Made by a program: the position numbers and the translations under genes. Below are positions 28,224 through 44,230 of a stretch of 64,000 bases of DNA, piece after piece (position 1 is the first letter of the stretch; every line of letters starts with the position of its first letter). Where the stretch lies: the NCBI RefSeq assembly GCF_009914755.1, contig NC_060925.1; one strand, 5' to 3'. The notes under the pieces were generated by a model. That model had not been told where the DNA came from and did not search any database. It saw nothing but the letters and a program-made list of their open reading frames with translations. Source of the DNA: the human T2T-CHM13v2.0 reference genome, Homo sapiens.

Positions 28224-29641
28224 CTCCTGTTAACCTCCAGTGACCACAAGGAAGAGAAAGCTTTAGATGTAATTATATCCAACATGTATTCCTCATTGCA
28301 TTTATGTAATCAAAATAGTTAGCAAGACTCCAATAAAGACTTGAGGTGCCGAAATTATACTCTGGATTTTTGAGATGCTGAGATAGTTTAGCTGGGGATT
28401 TGCCATGGTCAAAACACAGAAGGAAGAATGTGAAGGGTTGTGTGATTCCCAAGTCGATGGGGTTGAATTTGCTTTGCAGTTTTGCCACACTTCCTTGGCG
28501 TGATTTCTGCAGCTGCAGTAACTATTCCCACTGGCTGCAATTTTGTTCTCATGATGCAACCCTCCGTTTTTCACCCCAGGGGCCCAGAAGCCACCTTTCA
28601 AAGCTCCAGGGGCAGCAGGAAGCCACCCCACCTAATAGGAACAGTATTGGCATTGGACCAGCTGGCTTCTAATCCTGTATCTGTGTGACCTCAGACAAGC
28701 TCTTCAACTTTGAATTTCATTTGCAAAGTAGATGGCATCTATTTCAGAGGCTTATTCGGAAGGTTAACTATGGAGTGTATTAAGAGCCCAACCTGTAGGA
28801 GATTAAGTGTTCTGCCTCTGCAACTGCCCCTAGCTGAAAGTCAGCTGCCTCTGACCCGTGGGAGGAAAGGAAAGAGGTCTGAGAGCTAGGGGTGGGGCAG
28901 GGTGGTGGGGAGAGTGCAGGGAGGGAAACAGGCAGGGGTGAGAGGGAAAGGAAAGGAGGGACACAACCTCTCTCCCCAACCATTTGTGTTTTTCTCTCCT
29001 TCCAGAAAGATTGGAGACCTAGCTTTCCCTTTGCTGGAAAGCAAACCCAGCGGCAGGAGCTGCAGGGGAACTGGGTTGGGGGCTGTGGCTCAGGAGCAGC
29101 AGGAGAGAGAGGGCTGAAGAGGATGGAGCTGGGCTGGTTCAAGGCAGCGGGAAAGAAGGGGTTTGTGTGTAGCTTTTGGTATCTTCCAGCCACCCCTGAC
29201 AAGGAATGACTCAATTTTTGCCCTGAACTCACTTCCCCTTCTGGTCAGCCTATGGCCTTGTTTCTGGAGACCCAAACTCACCTTATCTGTAACGGGATGG
29301 AAGAAGTCCTGTTAGCTCCCCAAGGCACAAGGGTGCACAGGACAAACAGGCAGTTTGAGGATCAATGAGAAAACCCCTGGGCCCTGAGGAGGTGCACAGG
29401 GGTCGCTGTCACTGCTCATTGCAAATATGATGGCAACATACTTAATAATAGCTATTATGACAACCTGGAAGGCAAATATGCACTTTCCTTAATCTCCCAA
29501 AGTATTTTCATTTGTGTATTTATTCACTTATTCAACAAACACAGTTGAGCCCCTGCTGTGTGCTGGCCTCATGCTAGATGCTGGGCCTGCTCCACTGGGA
29601 GGTGTTAGAAGGGAGAGAGCCGTTATGGCTGTGAGTCCTAG

Positions 29642-30950
<1,309 letters not shown>

Positions 30951-33512
30951 CTGGCTCTGTGGAATCTGACTCCACAACTCACGGTGTGACCTTGGGCAAG
31001 AGGCTCAACATCTCTGATGAGTTTGCCCAACTGACAAATGGGGGTAATACCACTTCCTAGAGCCATCAGCAGGATGGAGTGAGTGAATTCTCACAATAGT
31101 GAAACCCACAGAAAGAACTTGGTGTGTATTGTCTTGCACACTTCCAGGCAACTATAATCCAGTACGATGAGCATGTAGAAGCAGGGGTTGAGGGGGCCCT
31201 TAGGAAGGGCACCTCACCCCATCCTGGAAAGGCTTCTCAAAAGGAAGGGGTATCCAAGCTGGGGCCTGTGGATGAGTAGGTGATGCCCAGGCAGAGGAAG
31301 TACAGAAGGGTGGGAGAGGAAGAGGGTTTTAGGCAATGGTAATTACAGATGCAAGACCCTAAAGGTGAAAGAAACTCAGAAGCGACAGTGTGGCTGGAGT
31401 GGGAGACCAGGGGCTGGCAGGGAGAGGGCAGTGGCGGGTGCCTCAATCATGAACTGACCTTGGCAAACAGAAGCCTTTACAAAGCAGGTGCCTTCTGCTG
31501 CAAGCATAAAATAATCTGTTGTTATCATAATAATAATGATAATAACCTGTTTGCTCTTCTGATTGGTCGGGACTGGAGCCAGCCCTCCTAGATAGCCTGG
31601 GCTTTAGAGCGACGGATGCTAGTTGGCAGGGAATTATCAGGAGACCTTGACCTCCAAGGCCAGGGAGCGGTGGGGCAGTAGCCTCCTCCTCTTAAGGCCC
31701 TGCTGAGGCGCTATGCCATGAGGTCATCCCGGACACCTGGGCAAGTTGTCCTGCTTAGCTGGGAATTTGGAGCCATGCTCAGCTGACACAGGAGGCAGGG
31801 AGAAAGAAAGCATTTAGGGCTTTCCTTTCTGCCTGTTCTCAGCCCCAGGAAGCAACCTGAGCGCTATACTGGGAGTCAGCAAGGCAATCAGCCACATGTG
31901 ACCTCGAACCAGTCACCCACCTAGCTGAATCTGGGCATCTTCTGCAAAACAGTGCGGTTGAAGTAGATGGTACATTCATCCCTCCCTGCTCTGGCATGCT
32001 GAGTCTGAGGTGTTTTCTCCTGTCCTGCCTCTAAGAAAATCACCTCTTGTTTTTTTTGGATCATTGTCTTTCATTTCATGAGGGCCATTTCCTATTGGGC
32101 TCCCTCTTGACTTCTTAAGCAGCTCCCAAGGCCACTCTGACAATATCAGGCCTGCCGCCTCCTCTCACGCTGCCCCCCACAAAGGAAACAAAAACAATGG
32201 GAATCGCTTCTGCCCCATCTCGGATAGGTATCTGTGTTGTTTTGCTGGCCCTGCGGCTGTTTTTCCCAACCCCACCATCCGCTCTGCCCTGGGCTCCCTC
32301 CTGACCAAGGTTCCCAGTGGCAGAACAGTCAGGATTGGCCAGGAGAGGCCACTCCCGGCCTTCACCCCAGCCTCCCCACTCTGCACTTTAAATTCTGCTT
32401 CTCTCTCAAAGCAAGGGCCCCGCCTGAATGAAACCTTCCCTGATCTCAGCAGCTGGAATGAATCAGCCTCTGGACAGGGGAGCACGATGTGTGTCCCGAT
32501 ATTCAGCCCCTGTCTTATTCTGCTGCGTATGAGAATTACCTGTTCACAGATATGGTTTCCCCTACTGGCCCCAGCCTGATGTTTGCATATAGTGGGTGCT
32601 TCATGTTTGGCTGGGAGAGGGAAGGAGGGAAAGAAGAAGGCAAGAAAGGAAACAGTACAAATCTCTATAGGAGGCTTGGTACATCTAGGGCAACATTAGT
32701 CTCTGTTCATTGTTTTATGTCCAACATAAAAATCTGTAGGGAGTGTGTGGGCTCTGGGTACTTCCATTGGATAGCTCTGCTCAGGAACAAGGAAGTAGGC
32801 TGTGAGGGAGGTCTCCCTGGGTCACTGCTGACAGCCCTGAGAAAGCTGCTCCAACGGCCCTGCTGCTGCACTCAGGTACCCTTTGCCTGGAGCAGAGTGT
32901 TCAGAAAGTGTGCGTGGGTGGGAAGGGTGGGACCCTCAGCTATAGTTCTGGGGGCTGTCCACAGGCTGCCCTAGGTGTGGTCCGGATGTGGATGGCATTT
33001 GTCCCATGTGTTGCCTGGCCTGACTGAGGAACAGCAGGATGCCCAGGAGGAGCAGAGGGACAGGGAGCTGGGTTGGGGGGCGTGGAGCTGGGGATGGGGC
33101 CATCACGCAGGCCTCATGGGCCGTGTGAAGACTTGGCTCTTGCTCAGAGTGGGATGACGCACTGCTGCACGATTTTGAACAGAGGAGGGCAGGGCCCTAA
33201 AGGGAGAGACGCTCATTAGTTCATCTCACAGATGAGGACACTGAAGCAAAGTGACGAACTCGCCTAAGCCCCAGCCCCACCGCATCTAAGGTGTGACTTC
33301 CTCACAGCCCCCTGCTCATGACCAGCCCTGTCCGTACTTACTTCTCCATCAGTTTGCTCACTTGTTTGCAGGTTCACTCCCCCAACTCGAATGTCACCTC
33401 TGTGAGGGCAGGGACAGGTTTGTTCGCTGCTGAATCCTCATGCCTTCAACGATGCCTGGCATGGAGCAGGGGCTCTGTGTCCATCTGCTGAAGAGTGAAT
33501 GAGATCTTGTGA

Positions 33513-33897
33513 TGTCTTAGTCATGTGTGCTGCTGTAATAGAATACCACAGACAAAGTAATTTATAAAGAATAAAGTTATCTTCTCACAGTTCTGGAGGC
33601 TGGGAATTCCAAGGTCAAGGCATTGGCAGGTTCAGTGTCTGCTGAGGGCTGCTCTCTACTTCCAAGATGGCGCCTTGTTGCTGCGTCCTCTGGAGGAAAG
33701 GAAGGCTGTCCCCTCACATGGACAAAGGCAGAAGGGCAAGAGGGGTGAACTCTCTGTCAAGCTCCTTTATAAGGGCCCTAATCCCATTCATGAGGGAGGA
33801 GCCCTCGTGGCCCAATCACATTTTGAAAGACCCAACTCTTAATACCATCCCATTAGCAACACCTGAATTTTGGAGGGGACACATTCAAACCATAGTA
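33513..33897 (-). mobile_element. MaLR LTR (MST/MLT1A-like)
   Basis: CTCACAGTTCTGGAGGCTGGGAA..GGGACACATTCAAACCATAG. Confidence 0.85.
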
Positions 33898-33898
33898 C

Positions 33899-35327
33899 TG
33901 ATAAGATAGGAAATGTATATTTGGTCTCTGCCCCTGGTTCCTGTTACAGAGCTCCTAAAACTCTTATAATTTCCTGGGCGATAGGAACATATTTTGTTCT
34001 AATGAGGCACCTCTTGGTGGGCTCCTAGATGGGGGCTGGGCATCAGAAAGAACAAGCCATGTTTAGAAGCTTGGAGATTTCGGCCCCATCCCCCATCCTC
34101 TGAGAAGAAGGGAGGGGCTGGAGACTGAGTTAATAATTGATCGTGCCCATGTGATGAAGCCTCCAAAAATTCCCTGAGCTTCACTCAAGTGGTGGGAGTT
34201 GAACAATGAGAACACATGGACACAGGGAGGGAAACATCACACTTGGGGGCCTGTCAGGGAGTGGGGGCAAGGGGAGGGAGAGCATTAGGGAAAATACCTA
34301 ATGCATGTGGGGCTTAAAACCTAGATGATGGGTTGACACGTGCAGCAAACCACCATGGCACATGTATACCTATGTAACAAGCCTGCATAGGTTCTGCACA
34401 TGTATCCCAGAAATTAAAATTAAAAAAAATAAATGATTTAAAAAACAGAAAAAAAAATTCTTGAGGGCAATATATACCTCATTTACACTGATGTGATTAT
34501 TACACATTGTATGCCTGTATCAAAAATATCAATATCTCAGGTACCCCATAAATATATACACTTATTATGTACCCACAAAAATTAGAAATGAACAAAATAG
34601 CCATTCTGACTGGTATGAAATGGTATCTCATTGTGATTTTGATTTGCATTTCTCTAACAGGATCAATTACACCCAACCTCAGCATCATAGAATATACTAA
34701 TGTAAAAAACCTGCACATGTGCCCCCGAACCTAAAAGTTGAAATTAAAAATAAATAAATGAAATGAAACTTAAAAAAAATCCCTGAACTACAAGGTTCAG
34801 AGAGCTTCCTGGTTGGTAGACACATCACATGCTGAGAGGGTGGCACACCACAGTTCCTTGGGGACAGAAGTTCCTGCACTTGAGACCTTTCCAGACCTTG
34901 CCCTATATACCTCTACATCTGGCTGTTCGTCTGTATCCTTATCACAGCCTTTATTACGATAATAAACTGGTAAACATAAGTGTTTCTCTGAGTTCTGTGA
35001 GCCATCCTAGCATATTAATTGAACCTAAGGAAGAGGTCATGAGAACTCTGATTTATAGCTGGTTGATCAGAAGTATAGATGACAACCTACCACTTGGGAT
35101 TGGCGTCTGAAGTAGGAGGCGGTCTGGCAGGACTGGGCCCTTAACCTGAGGGATCTGACTGACTCCAGGTGGCTCAGGTCCAAATCGATTGAATTATAGG
35201 ACACCCAGCTGGAGTCTACCGGAGAAGTGTTTAGTGTGTGGGGAACATCTGGTCTCAGAAGTGTTTTGTGTTGAGTGTTGGGTGTGTGAGTAGGAAAAAT
35301 ACTTTGACTTTGTTCCTATCTCTTATA
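33899..35327 (+). mobile_element. MER21-family LTR interrupted by L1 3' fragments at 34179-34774
   Basis: MER21 motifs (AGAGCTCCTAAAACTC, GAGAGCTTCCTGGTTGG, AATAAACTGGTAAAC). Confidence 0.75.
34179..34452 (+). mobile_element. 5'-truncated L1PA 3' end
   Basis: GAACAATGAGAACACATGGACACAGGGAGGG..CACATGTATCCCAGAA plus A tail. Confidence 0.92.
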
Positions 35328-35574
35328 GTAAACAAGGACAGACAAACACAGCCCAGAGAGGAGGTGCTGGCATGACCGGTGCTGGGTTCTCTCCAAAAAG
35401 TCAGCACTCAAGCTCCCATACAAATTCTGGGGCTCCATGCCAGCCTGAAGTCCAATATGTGGGTGTCTGCTTAGGGTCCTACCCTAACCCACCATGACAC
35501 TGTACCTTGGAGAGTCAAAGAAGTGTGCTTGGCTCTATAGTGTCATTCATTACCAATTCCTTTCACCTACTGAT

Positions 35575-36700
35575 TTATTTATTTTGAGGCAGGGTCTTTG
35601 TCACCCAGGCTGGAGTGCAGTGGTGCAATCACAGCTCACTGCAGTCTCAACTTCCTGAGTTCAAGGGATGCCCTGCCTCAGCCTCCCAAGTAGCTGGGAC
35701 TACAGGCATGCACCACCATGCCCGGCTAATTCTTTCATCTATTTAGTCACTCAGACATTTAACAAATGTTACCTGACACCTGCTCTGCACCTGTCACTAG
35801 GCTGGGACAGTGCACAAGCAACCAGGGGCATGGTGCCTGCCTCCTTGCCTCCTACTGAGGGGCAGACCAAGGATAAAAGACAAATGAGTAGTCAGCTGCT
35901 ATGGGGGAAGCAAATGAGGAGGCCTTAGCCTCCGGTGGATGGGCAGGGAGGCCTGTGGGAGGACTTGACAGCCTTGGGGCAGGCGCTCTGGGCAGGGATA
36001 AGAGCTGCGAGGTTGTCAGAAGGGATGCCTTCAGTGCCTTCAGGAGGGTGGGGGCTCAGCGTGGTTGGGAAGGGAAGCCAGTTTCGCTGGAGAGGGGAGA
36101 GGAAGGGAGTGGGGGTGGGAAGTGGAGGTGCCTTCTCCCCACTTCCTGTAGGCTGTATTGACAGCGAGGGGAAGTGAAGGGGAAACTTTTGATAGGCTCT
36201 AAGTAGTGGGGAGGCGTGGCAGTAGGATCCACTCCATGGTTTGAAAAGATCCCTCTAACTGCTATGGGAACAGGCTGGCCTGGGGTGTGCCTTGCTGAAG
36301 CAGAGAGGAGTGGAAGGGGCCTTGGGTGGTCCAGGAGCAATGGAAAAGAGAAAGCCCACTGGAGCCATATTGAGGAAATGGGTGCATTGGCTCAAGCCTG
36401 TAATCCCAGTGCCTTGGGAGGCCAGAGTAGGAGGATTGCTTGAGGTCAGGAGTTTGAGACCAGCCTGGGCAACATAGTGAGAACTCTGTCTCTAAAAAAA
36501 TGAAAAATGTTTAGCTGAGCATGGTGACATGTACCTGTAGTCCCAGCTACTCAGGAGGCTGAGGCTGGAGGATCCCTTAAGCCCAGGAGTTTGAAGCTGC
36601 AGTGAGCTATAATTTTGCCACTGTACTCCAACCTGGGCAACAAAGAGAAACCCTGTCCCCAACCCCTTTGCCCCCCTACCCCCCAAAAAAGGAAAGGAAA
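35575..36700. mobile_element. Reverse Alu arm (35575-35735), L2 fragment, and forward AluJ (36378-36700)
   Basis: Alu and L2 motifs. Confidence 0.75.
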
Positions 36701-37608
36701 GAAAACAGAGGTAACAAAATTTGTCTATGTAAGTGTGGGACTTAGGGAAAGCGTGGAACCAAATAATTCTCTGGGATTTTGGTCTGAGCGACAGGGAAGG
36801 CACCAGCTGGAGGAAGAAACAGGAGAATGTGGAGACTTTTGAGCCCAAGGCCAAGATTACTGTTTATTTGTTTAATTTGCACAATGCCTCTATGCTGGGC
36901 CAGAAAGACAATGTGCAAAGCCAAGCTCTGGGGTTTTCTGCTGCAGCCAAAGTATTTCCTGTGCCCTTGTCATTTTTACCTTGGAACCTGTACAGTCACA
37001 TGGTTGGCCCCGTCCCTGACCTTGTCCTCCCTGGGGGAGACAGAGACTTACTGTACACACACTCCCCATTGGTGTCTCCTGGCTCTGGAGTCTGCTTCAA
37101 GGCACATTTCAGGCCCTCCTGAAGGGGACAGAAGTGGTGCCTTTTGTGCATATAAGGCAGAACTGAGTGGAGGAAATTAACACGCGCGCCTCAGTAAAAT
37201 TCAGGCCCTGCTAGGTGCTCAGTATCACGTCATTTAATCCTCATAAGAGCCCAGTAACATAGATGTTATTATCCTTCTTATTCAAATGAGGAAGTGAGAC
37301 CGAGAGGCCTCTCCTTGCACAAGGCCCCACAGGAGACATCTCAGGCTGGGTGGATTCCACACCGTTCTTGGTCATGCCTTCCCTCCAGATAGATCCCGAA
37401 AGGCTTTTTCTGCTCTGGTTCTCCCACTCCCCTCAACACACACATACATTTTATGCTTGTCATCCAGGTGGACTTTACACTAGGCAGTTCCCCTTTCCCA
37501 AGCACTTCTCTTCCCATTTGAGGGTCTGTGGGTTCCCCATGTTGATTTCTCCAAAACTTAGGGAAGAAACAACTTTGTGGCTTCCAAATACAGTATTGGG
37601 TTCAGTGA

Positions 37609-38015
<407 letters not shown>

Positions 38016-38863
38016 TGAGGGAAGGGAGAACTGCTCCTGGGGAAATAGAGTTTAGATGGATCCGGATTGGCTGGAGCCATAGGCTCACACTCTTAGAGAT
38101 GATTGCTCTTGCGGGGAGCCAGCCAGGTGAGCTTGGGCACAAAGATCTCTAGGGGCCCCTGCACCCAGGATAACACTGCGTGGTGGACCCAGACGTGCCT
38201 GCAGATGAGTTACTTTAAACCTTTCAAGGCTTTAAATGTCCTAAAAGTGTTTTTGTTTGATTACTATTTATTGTTCGTCTTCTGAATATTTACTCACAGA
38301 AGATTTGAATGGAGGAAAGAGGGATATGAAAAACACTGGTAATTCCACCACTCAGACATACGGTGATGGACATTTGCTAGATCATTTGATGCCTTCTCCA
38401 GCACACTGTGAAGTGACTGTGTGGAATGAACCATAATCTTCTATTATTGCTTGTTCGGGAGGCCTCCAGTGTTCTCTTCTGGATAGATCTCTGCAAGATC
38501 TTTGCTTCCCAAACTGCACACCACTGTGCTGTGCTGGAAGCATGAGAAACCAGACGACAAACGGGGTCTGCGGGCTTGGAGCTACTGTTTATGTGATGGA
38601 GGAGGCATTTTAAATCTATCTGGAAAGGGTGGATTACTTGATAAATGATGATGGGACAATTCGCTATTTATGTAAAAAATAATAATTTAAATAGATCCCT
38701 ATATCATGCCATATTCTCACCCAAATTTCAGATAGAACTGTGGGTTAAATTTAAAAAAAAGTGTGTGTGTAATATAAATTATAATATATGCAGAATTGAA
38801 ACAAAACACTTGTAAATTAAAAGGAAAAAAAGAACATTGCAAATACATCCTCAATAATAATAG

Positions 38864-39319
<456 letters not shown>

Positions 39320-40165
39320 TGATGTGATCAGCCTGCAGGACCACACGTCTAGGTCTTCTGTACTTTCCTACTTAGGAATTTTCACATTTTCAGGCCCAGC
39401 TGAAAGCTTTTTCTGAACCTCTCCCTATCTCCCTCTTCCTCTGGCTAGAGGACCCCTCCCACCTCTGAAATCCCTTAGCTCTGAAAGTGTTACTGATTTT
39501 ACATTAGCTTATTGAACTGCAGTTTGCTTTATATTTGCATGCAAGGAATCCATTTTCCTGACTATAATGTAAGCCCTGTTTCTAAGTTGCTGCTGTATCC
39601 TCTAACAAACATTTTTATATAAGGACAGTCTTTTTAAAAAAAAACAGATTTAGTGGGATATCATTCACATATCATACAGTTTACCCATTTAAAGTGTATA
39701 ATTCGATGGTTTTTACTATGTTTTCAGGGGTGTGCAAACATCACCAAAATCTAATTTAGAATGTTTTCATCACTTCAAAAAGAGACTATGTACCCATTAG
39801 TGGTCAATCCAAATTTTCTCCCAACCCCAGATACCTACCAACCAACTTTATTTTTCTATGGATTTGCCTATTCTGGACATTTCATATAAATGCAATAAAA
39901 CAAAATGTGGCCTTTGATGACTAGCTTCTTTCACTCAGCGTGATGTTTTCAAGGTTCATCCATGTTGTAGCATGTATTAGTGCCTCATTTGTTTTCAGGG
40001 CTGAATAATATTCCATTGGTTGGATACATCACATTTTGTTCAGCCATTCATCCATTGATATTTGGGTTGTGTCTGTGTTTTTGTTTATTATGAATAATTT
40101 TGCTATGAACATTTGTGTACATATTTTGTGTGGACATGTATTCCCATTTCTCTTGGGTATACAAC

Positions 40166-41111
40166 TATGTTTAACATGTTTTTCAAACCATTTTTTTTCC
40201 CTCTGTTCTCACATCAACACAGTAATAATGAACACAGAAGACTTCTATGACCTCAAAATATGTGGGTATTTCTCTCTACCAGCAAGCAAGCAATGAATTC
40301 TGTAGATGACACCCAAATGGTCATCCTCTAATTCAGTGCTGGTACTATCTACTTGGAGATAGTGTCAGATCTCACAGTTTGAGGGATCAGTCCCCTGAGA
40401 CTGTGTCCCCCGCTTTAGACCCAGTCACAAGTCTGGGATTCCAAAACTTCTGATCAACCATCTTTAAGTTGGGGTTCCCATGCCCCCCTGGATTAATTTG
40501 CTGGATTAATTTGTGTTTGATTAGTTTGCTGGAGCAGCTCTCAGAACTGAGAAAAACAATTGTGTTTACAGGTTTATTATAAGGGCTATTACAAAAGATA
40601 CAGATGAAGAGAGGCATAGGGTGAGGCATGGGGGAGGGAAAGCAGAACTTCCATGCCCTCTCCTGGCATGCCACCCTCCAGGATCTCCATGTTCCAACTA
40701 TCTGGAAGCTCTCTGAACCATGTCCCTTTGGGTTGTCATTGAGGCTTTATTACATAGATACGGTTGACAACCATGTAGAAATGTGATTGGACAAAAAGTG
40801 CCTGATCTAAACCCAGTAAGCTTGTCTATTCAGACTTTTTGTGGCCTCTCTGCATAGCATTCCTTTCCCCAGGGTTTGAGGCAGGACTGCTTCTGGAATG
40901 AGAGTCTTTTGACCCACAGTTAGATTAAAGGCTTGCCTTGGGAAGGTGTAAAGAGGACAGGAGAAGGTCAGAGAGAGAGATTCTATTTCCTGAGGCCTGC
41001 TTCTGAGGCTAAAACACCTCAACATTATAGTAAAAGACTGTAACAAGGGCTAGTGGAGTTATTAGCCAGAAACCATAGAGGAAAACCTAAACATATAATC
41101 ATAATATCACA
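40166..41111 (-). mobile_element. MER21A-like LTR
   Basis: AACACAGAAGACTTCTATGACC, GGAGATAGTGTCAGATC and ATAATATCACA motifs. Confidence 0.75.
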
Positions 41112-43710
41112 AGTTATGAATGGAATTGCTGGGTTATTGGCAACTCCATGTAGAACATTTTGGAAAAACTGCCAAATTTTTTTCCATAGTGGCTACATCA
41201 TTTTACATTACCATCAGGAATGTATGAGGGTTCCAGTTTATCTACATCTTCACCAGCATTTATTGTTATCTTTTTTATTATAGCCATCTTAGTGGGTGTG
41301 AGGTGATATTTCACCATGGTTCAATTTTTGTTTCCCTAATGATTAATGATGTGGATTGTCTTTTCTTATGCATGTTGGTCATTTATGTATCTTCTTGGAG
41401 TACTACCTATTCAAATGCTTTGTTTTAAAATTGAGTTACTTTTTCTGATTGTTGAGTTGTAGCAGTTCTTTATATATTCTGCATACAAGTCCCTTATATA
41501 ATAAGATCTATAATGTGCCAATATTGTCTTCTACTCTGTGGGGTGTCCTTTCAATTTCTTGATGGTGTCCTTTGAAGTACAAAAGTTTTTAATTTTGATT
41601 TGTGAACTCCAAATATCTGAGAGGGTCTCAGTTAATTTAGAAAGTTTATTTACAAAGTTTGTTTTGCCAGTGTTGAGGATGCATGCCCATGATATAACCA
41701 CACAAAGTCCTGATGACATGTGCGCACGGTGGACTCATGGAGAGCTAAAATGTCCGTGAATATCAAGCAAAACAGGAATTAACTGCATGGACTGTACTCA
41801 TCTTTTTGACTTATTGCTTAAAACATTGCTGATCCTTTGTTTTGTTTTTCGGAGTCTTGAAACTTTTCTTTTGAGCTATTGACAGCTTTTAACAATTGAG
41901 TACACTCCTATGAACAAAATTTGGAGCATATTTGTTTCTCTCTACCTGATTTCTGAAGAATTTGGAAACTATTTGTGAGTATTCTTAACTTACGACAATA
42001 CAGTTATTTGCATAAGTGCAATAAGAATCTGTTCTCATTTGTAAGAGGACACAATTGGAGAAACTGGTTATTTTACCAAGGCTTTGACTGGAATGGCATG
42101 CTTTCCTTAAGGAATAAAACCTGACTTATGCAGCCAATAAAAGCCCTTGGGAAAACTGGCCTCATACTTTGTCTACAGAGTCCCTGTACAGGGTTTCTGA
42201 CCTGTCGTTAGTAAAGAATGTCACCTTCTGACAGGCCCAGGAGCCCTAGGTTTATCTTGGAACCTCAAGAGGAGAGGTAATTCACCCAACTCATAGGTAT
42301 TTGGTGGTGGCACAAATCCATCGCGGGGTTCGGCTTTAAAAATGTCTTGATATTTCTTCTATGGAACAAAGTTTCATCAAAGCCAATTTTAAAAAGCCTA
42401 TGTGAAAAATAATTATTCTTGCTGTACTTTATACAAATAATCTGGACAGGTAAAATAAAGCAGGTTGGTCCTACCATGATTTGTCTTTAGTGAAAATGGG
42501 AAACTGGAGAGAGAGAAAAAATATGTTTCAAAAACTATAGTACACTTGTTGTTAGATTCTAGTCTTGCCTAATGTTTTTCAATTTTTATTATTTTCTACA
42601 GTTTGGGCTGAACTCTAATTTTTCCTGGCTACAAGTCTACAAAATAACATTTTCAATATTTTTTTTCTTTCTTTTCTTTTTTTCCCCAATTTTTCCTAAT
42701 TTGAAATCACTGAAAACTAAGCTGTGTTTCTTAAAGCCCTGCAAACTGAAGCTAGACAACTTAAACTTCAGAAGAAAATAACAGCATCCCATTTACATAC
42801 ATAAGCCACTTTCCAGGATCATTCTTTTGTTTGCTGTTGTTTTTCTCCCTTCCTCCCCTTATTTTCTCTTTATAGGACATGAGACTTCATAACCTGCTAA
42901 AAATGAACTTTTGGGACCTACCTGTCTAGGAATAAACCATCCTTGCCATGAGAGATCAGATGAAACCTGAAATCAGAGACTCATTTTCTTCTAAAATACT
43001 TTCTCTAAAAGATTTTAAAAAAGAATAGGGGGGAAGTGTGAAAGGAAAATCTTGGGGCCCCCAAATTACTGAACTAAAGGTAAAAGTCAAGCTGGGAACT
43101 GGTCAGGGCAAACTTGCTTCCCATTCTATTCAAAGTCATCCCTCTGCTCACTGAGATAGATGCGTATGTGATTGCCTCCTTTGGAAACGCTTATCAGAAA
43201 TTCAGAAGGATGTAACCCTTTGTCTCCCACCTCCCTGTGACCTGGAAGCCCCCTTCCTTGCTTCGAGTTGTCCCCGTCTTTCCGGATGGAACCAATACAC
43301 TTTTTACATATATTGATTGATGCCTCGTATCTCCCTAAAATGTATAAAACCAAGCTGTGCCCCTTTTTCCACTGTTCTGATGTCACAATCTCCAAAGTTA
43401 TTAGAAACCTGCATTCAAGGGCACCAGTTATAGCTGATTATAAAACAACTGTCTAAACAGTACCAAAGCAAGAGAACAATTGTCTGTGGATGACAAAATG
43501 TTTTAGGGCCACCATAGTCAAAGACACAATTGGCAAGAAAGTTTGTTACCTTTGTGGCACATAATAATTTTAACGTGACAATTATGATTATTACTGATAA
43601 TGTACACTTAGTCATATCAGAATTACAGGAGTTGCCCATAATTTTGGAACACATACAAATAACATATTTACACAAATATGGCCCAAAGAAAACCAAACAC
43701 TGTTTCATAC

Positions 43711-44207
43711 TGAGGGAAGAGAGAGACCCTCTCCTATTGTTTGATATTGTTTTACACTCAGAAAAGGAAAGAGAAGCGAAACTAAAGGCAGGTAGCCTGG
43801 CGCCTAGGAACCAGACCCAAAACCAAGGAACCAGATCTGAAACCAGGCCTGGGCCTGCCTGACCTAAGCTGGGTAGTTAAAGATCGACACCTGACCTAGC
43901 AACTGTTGTTATCTATAGATTCCAGACACAGTATGGAAGGACGTTGTGAAACCTCCCGTTCTGTTCTGTTTCACTCTGACCACTGGTGCTTGCAGCCCCT
44001 GTCACGCAGCCCCCGGCTTGCTCAATTGATCACGACCCTCTCACGTGGACCTCCTTAGAGTTGTGAGCCCTTAAAAGGGACAGAAGTTGAGCACCTGACG
44101 AGCTCGGATTTTAAGACGCTAGTCTGCCGATACTCCCAGCTGATTAAAGCCATTCCCTTCAGTGTCTCGGTGTCTGAGGGGTTTTTTCCATGGCTGGTCC
44201 TGCTACA
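43711..44207 (+). mobile_element. LTR2-family 5' LTR (HERV-E/Harlequin)
   Basis: TGAGGGAAGAGAGAGACCCTCTC..GTCCTGCTACA; ATTAAA at 44143; followed by PBS. Confidence 0.9.
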
Positions 44208-44212
44208 TTTCT

Positions 44213-44230
44213 TGGTTCTCTGACCAGGAA
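44213..44230 (+). promoter_or_regulatory. Primer-binding site for tRNA-Glu
   Basis: TGGTTCTCTGACCAGGAA versus ideal TGGTTCCCTGACCGGGAA (2 mismatches). Confidence 0.88.
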
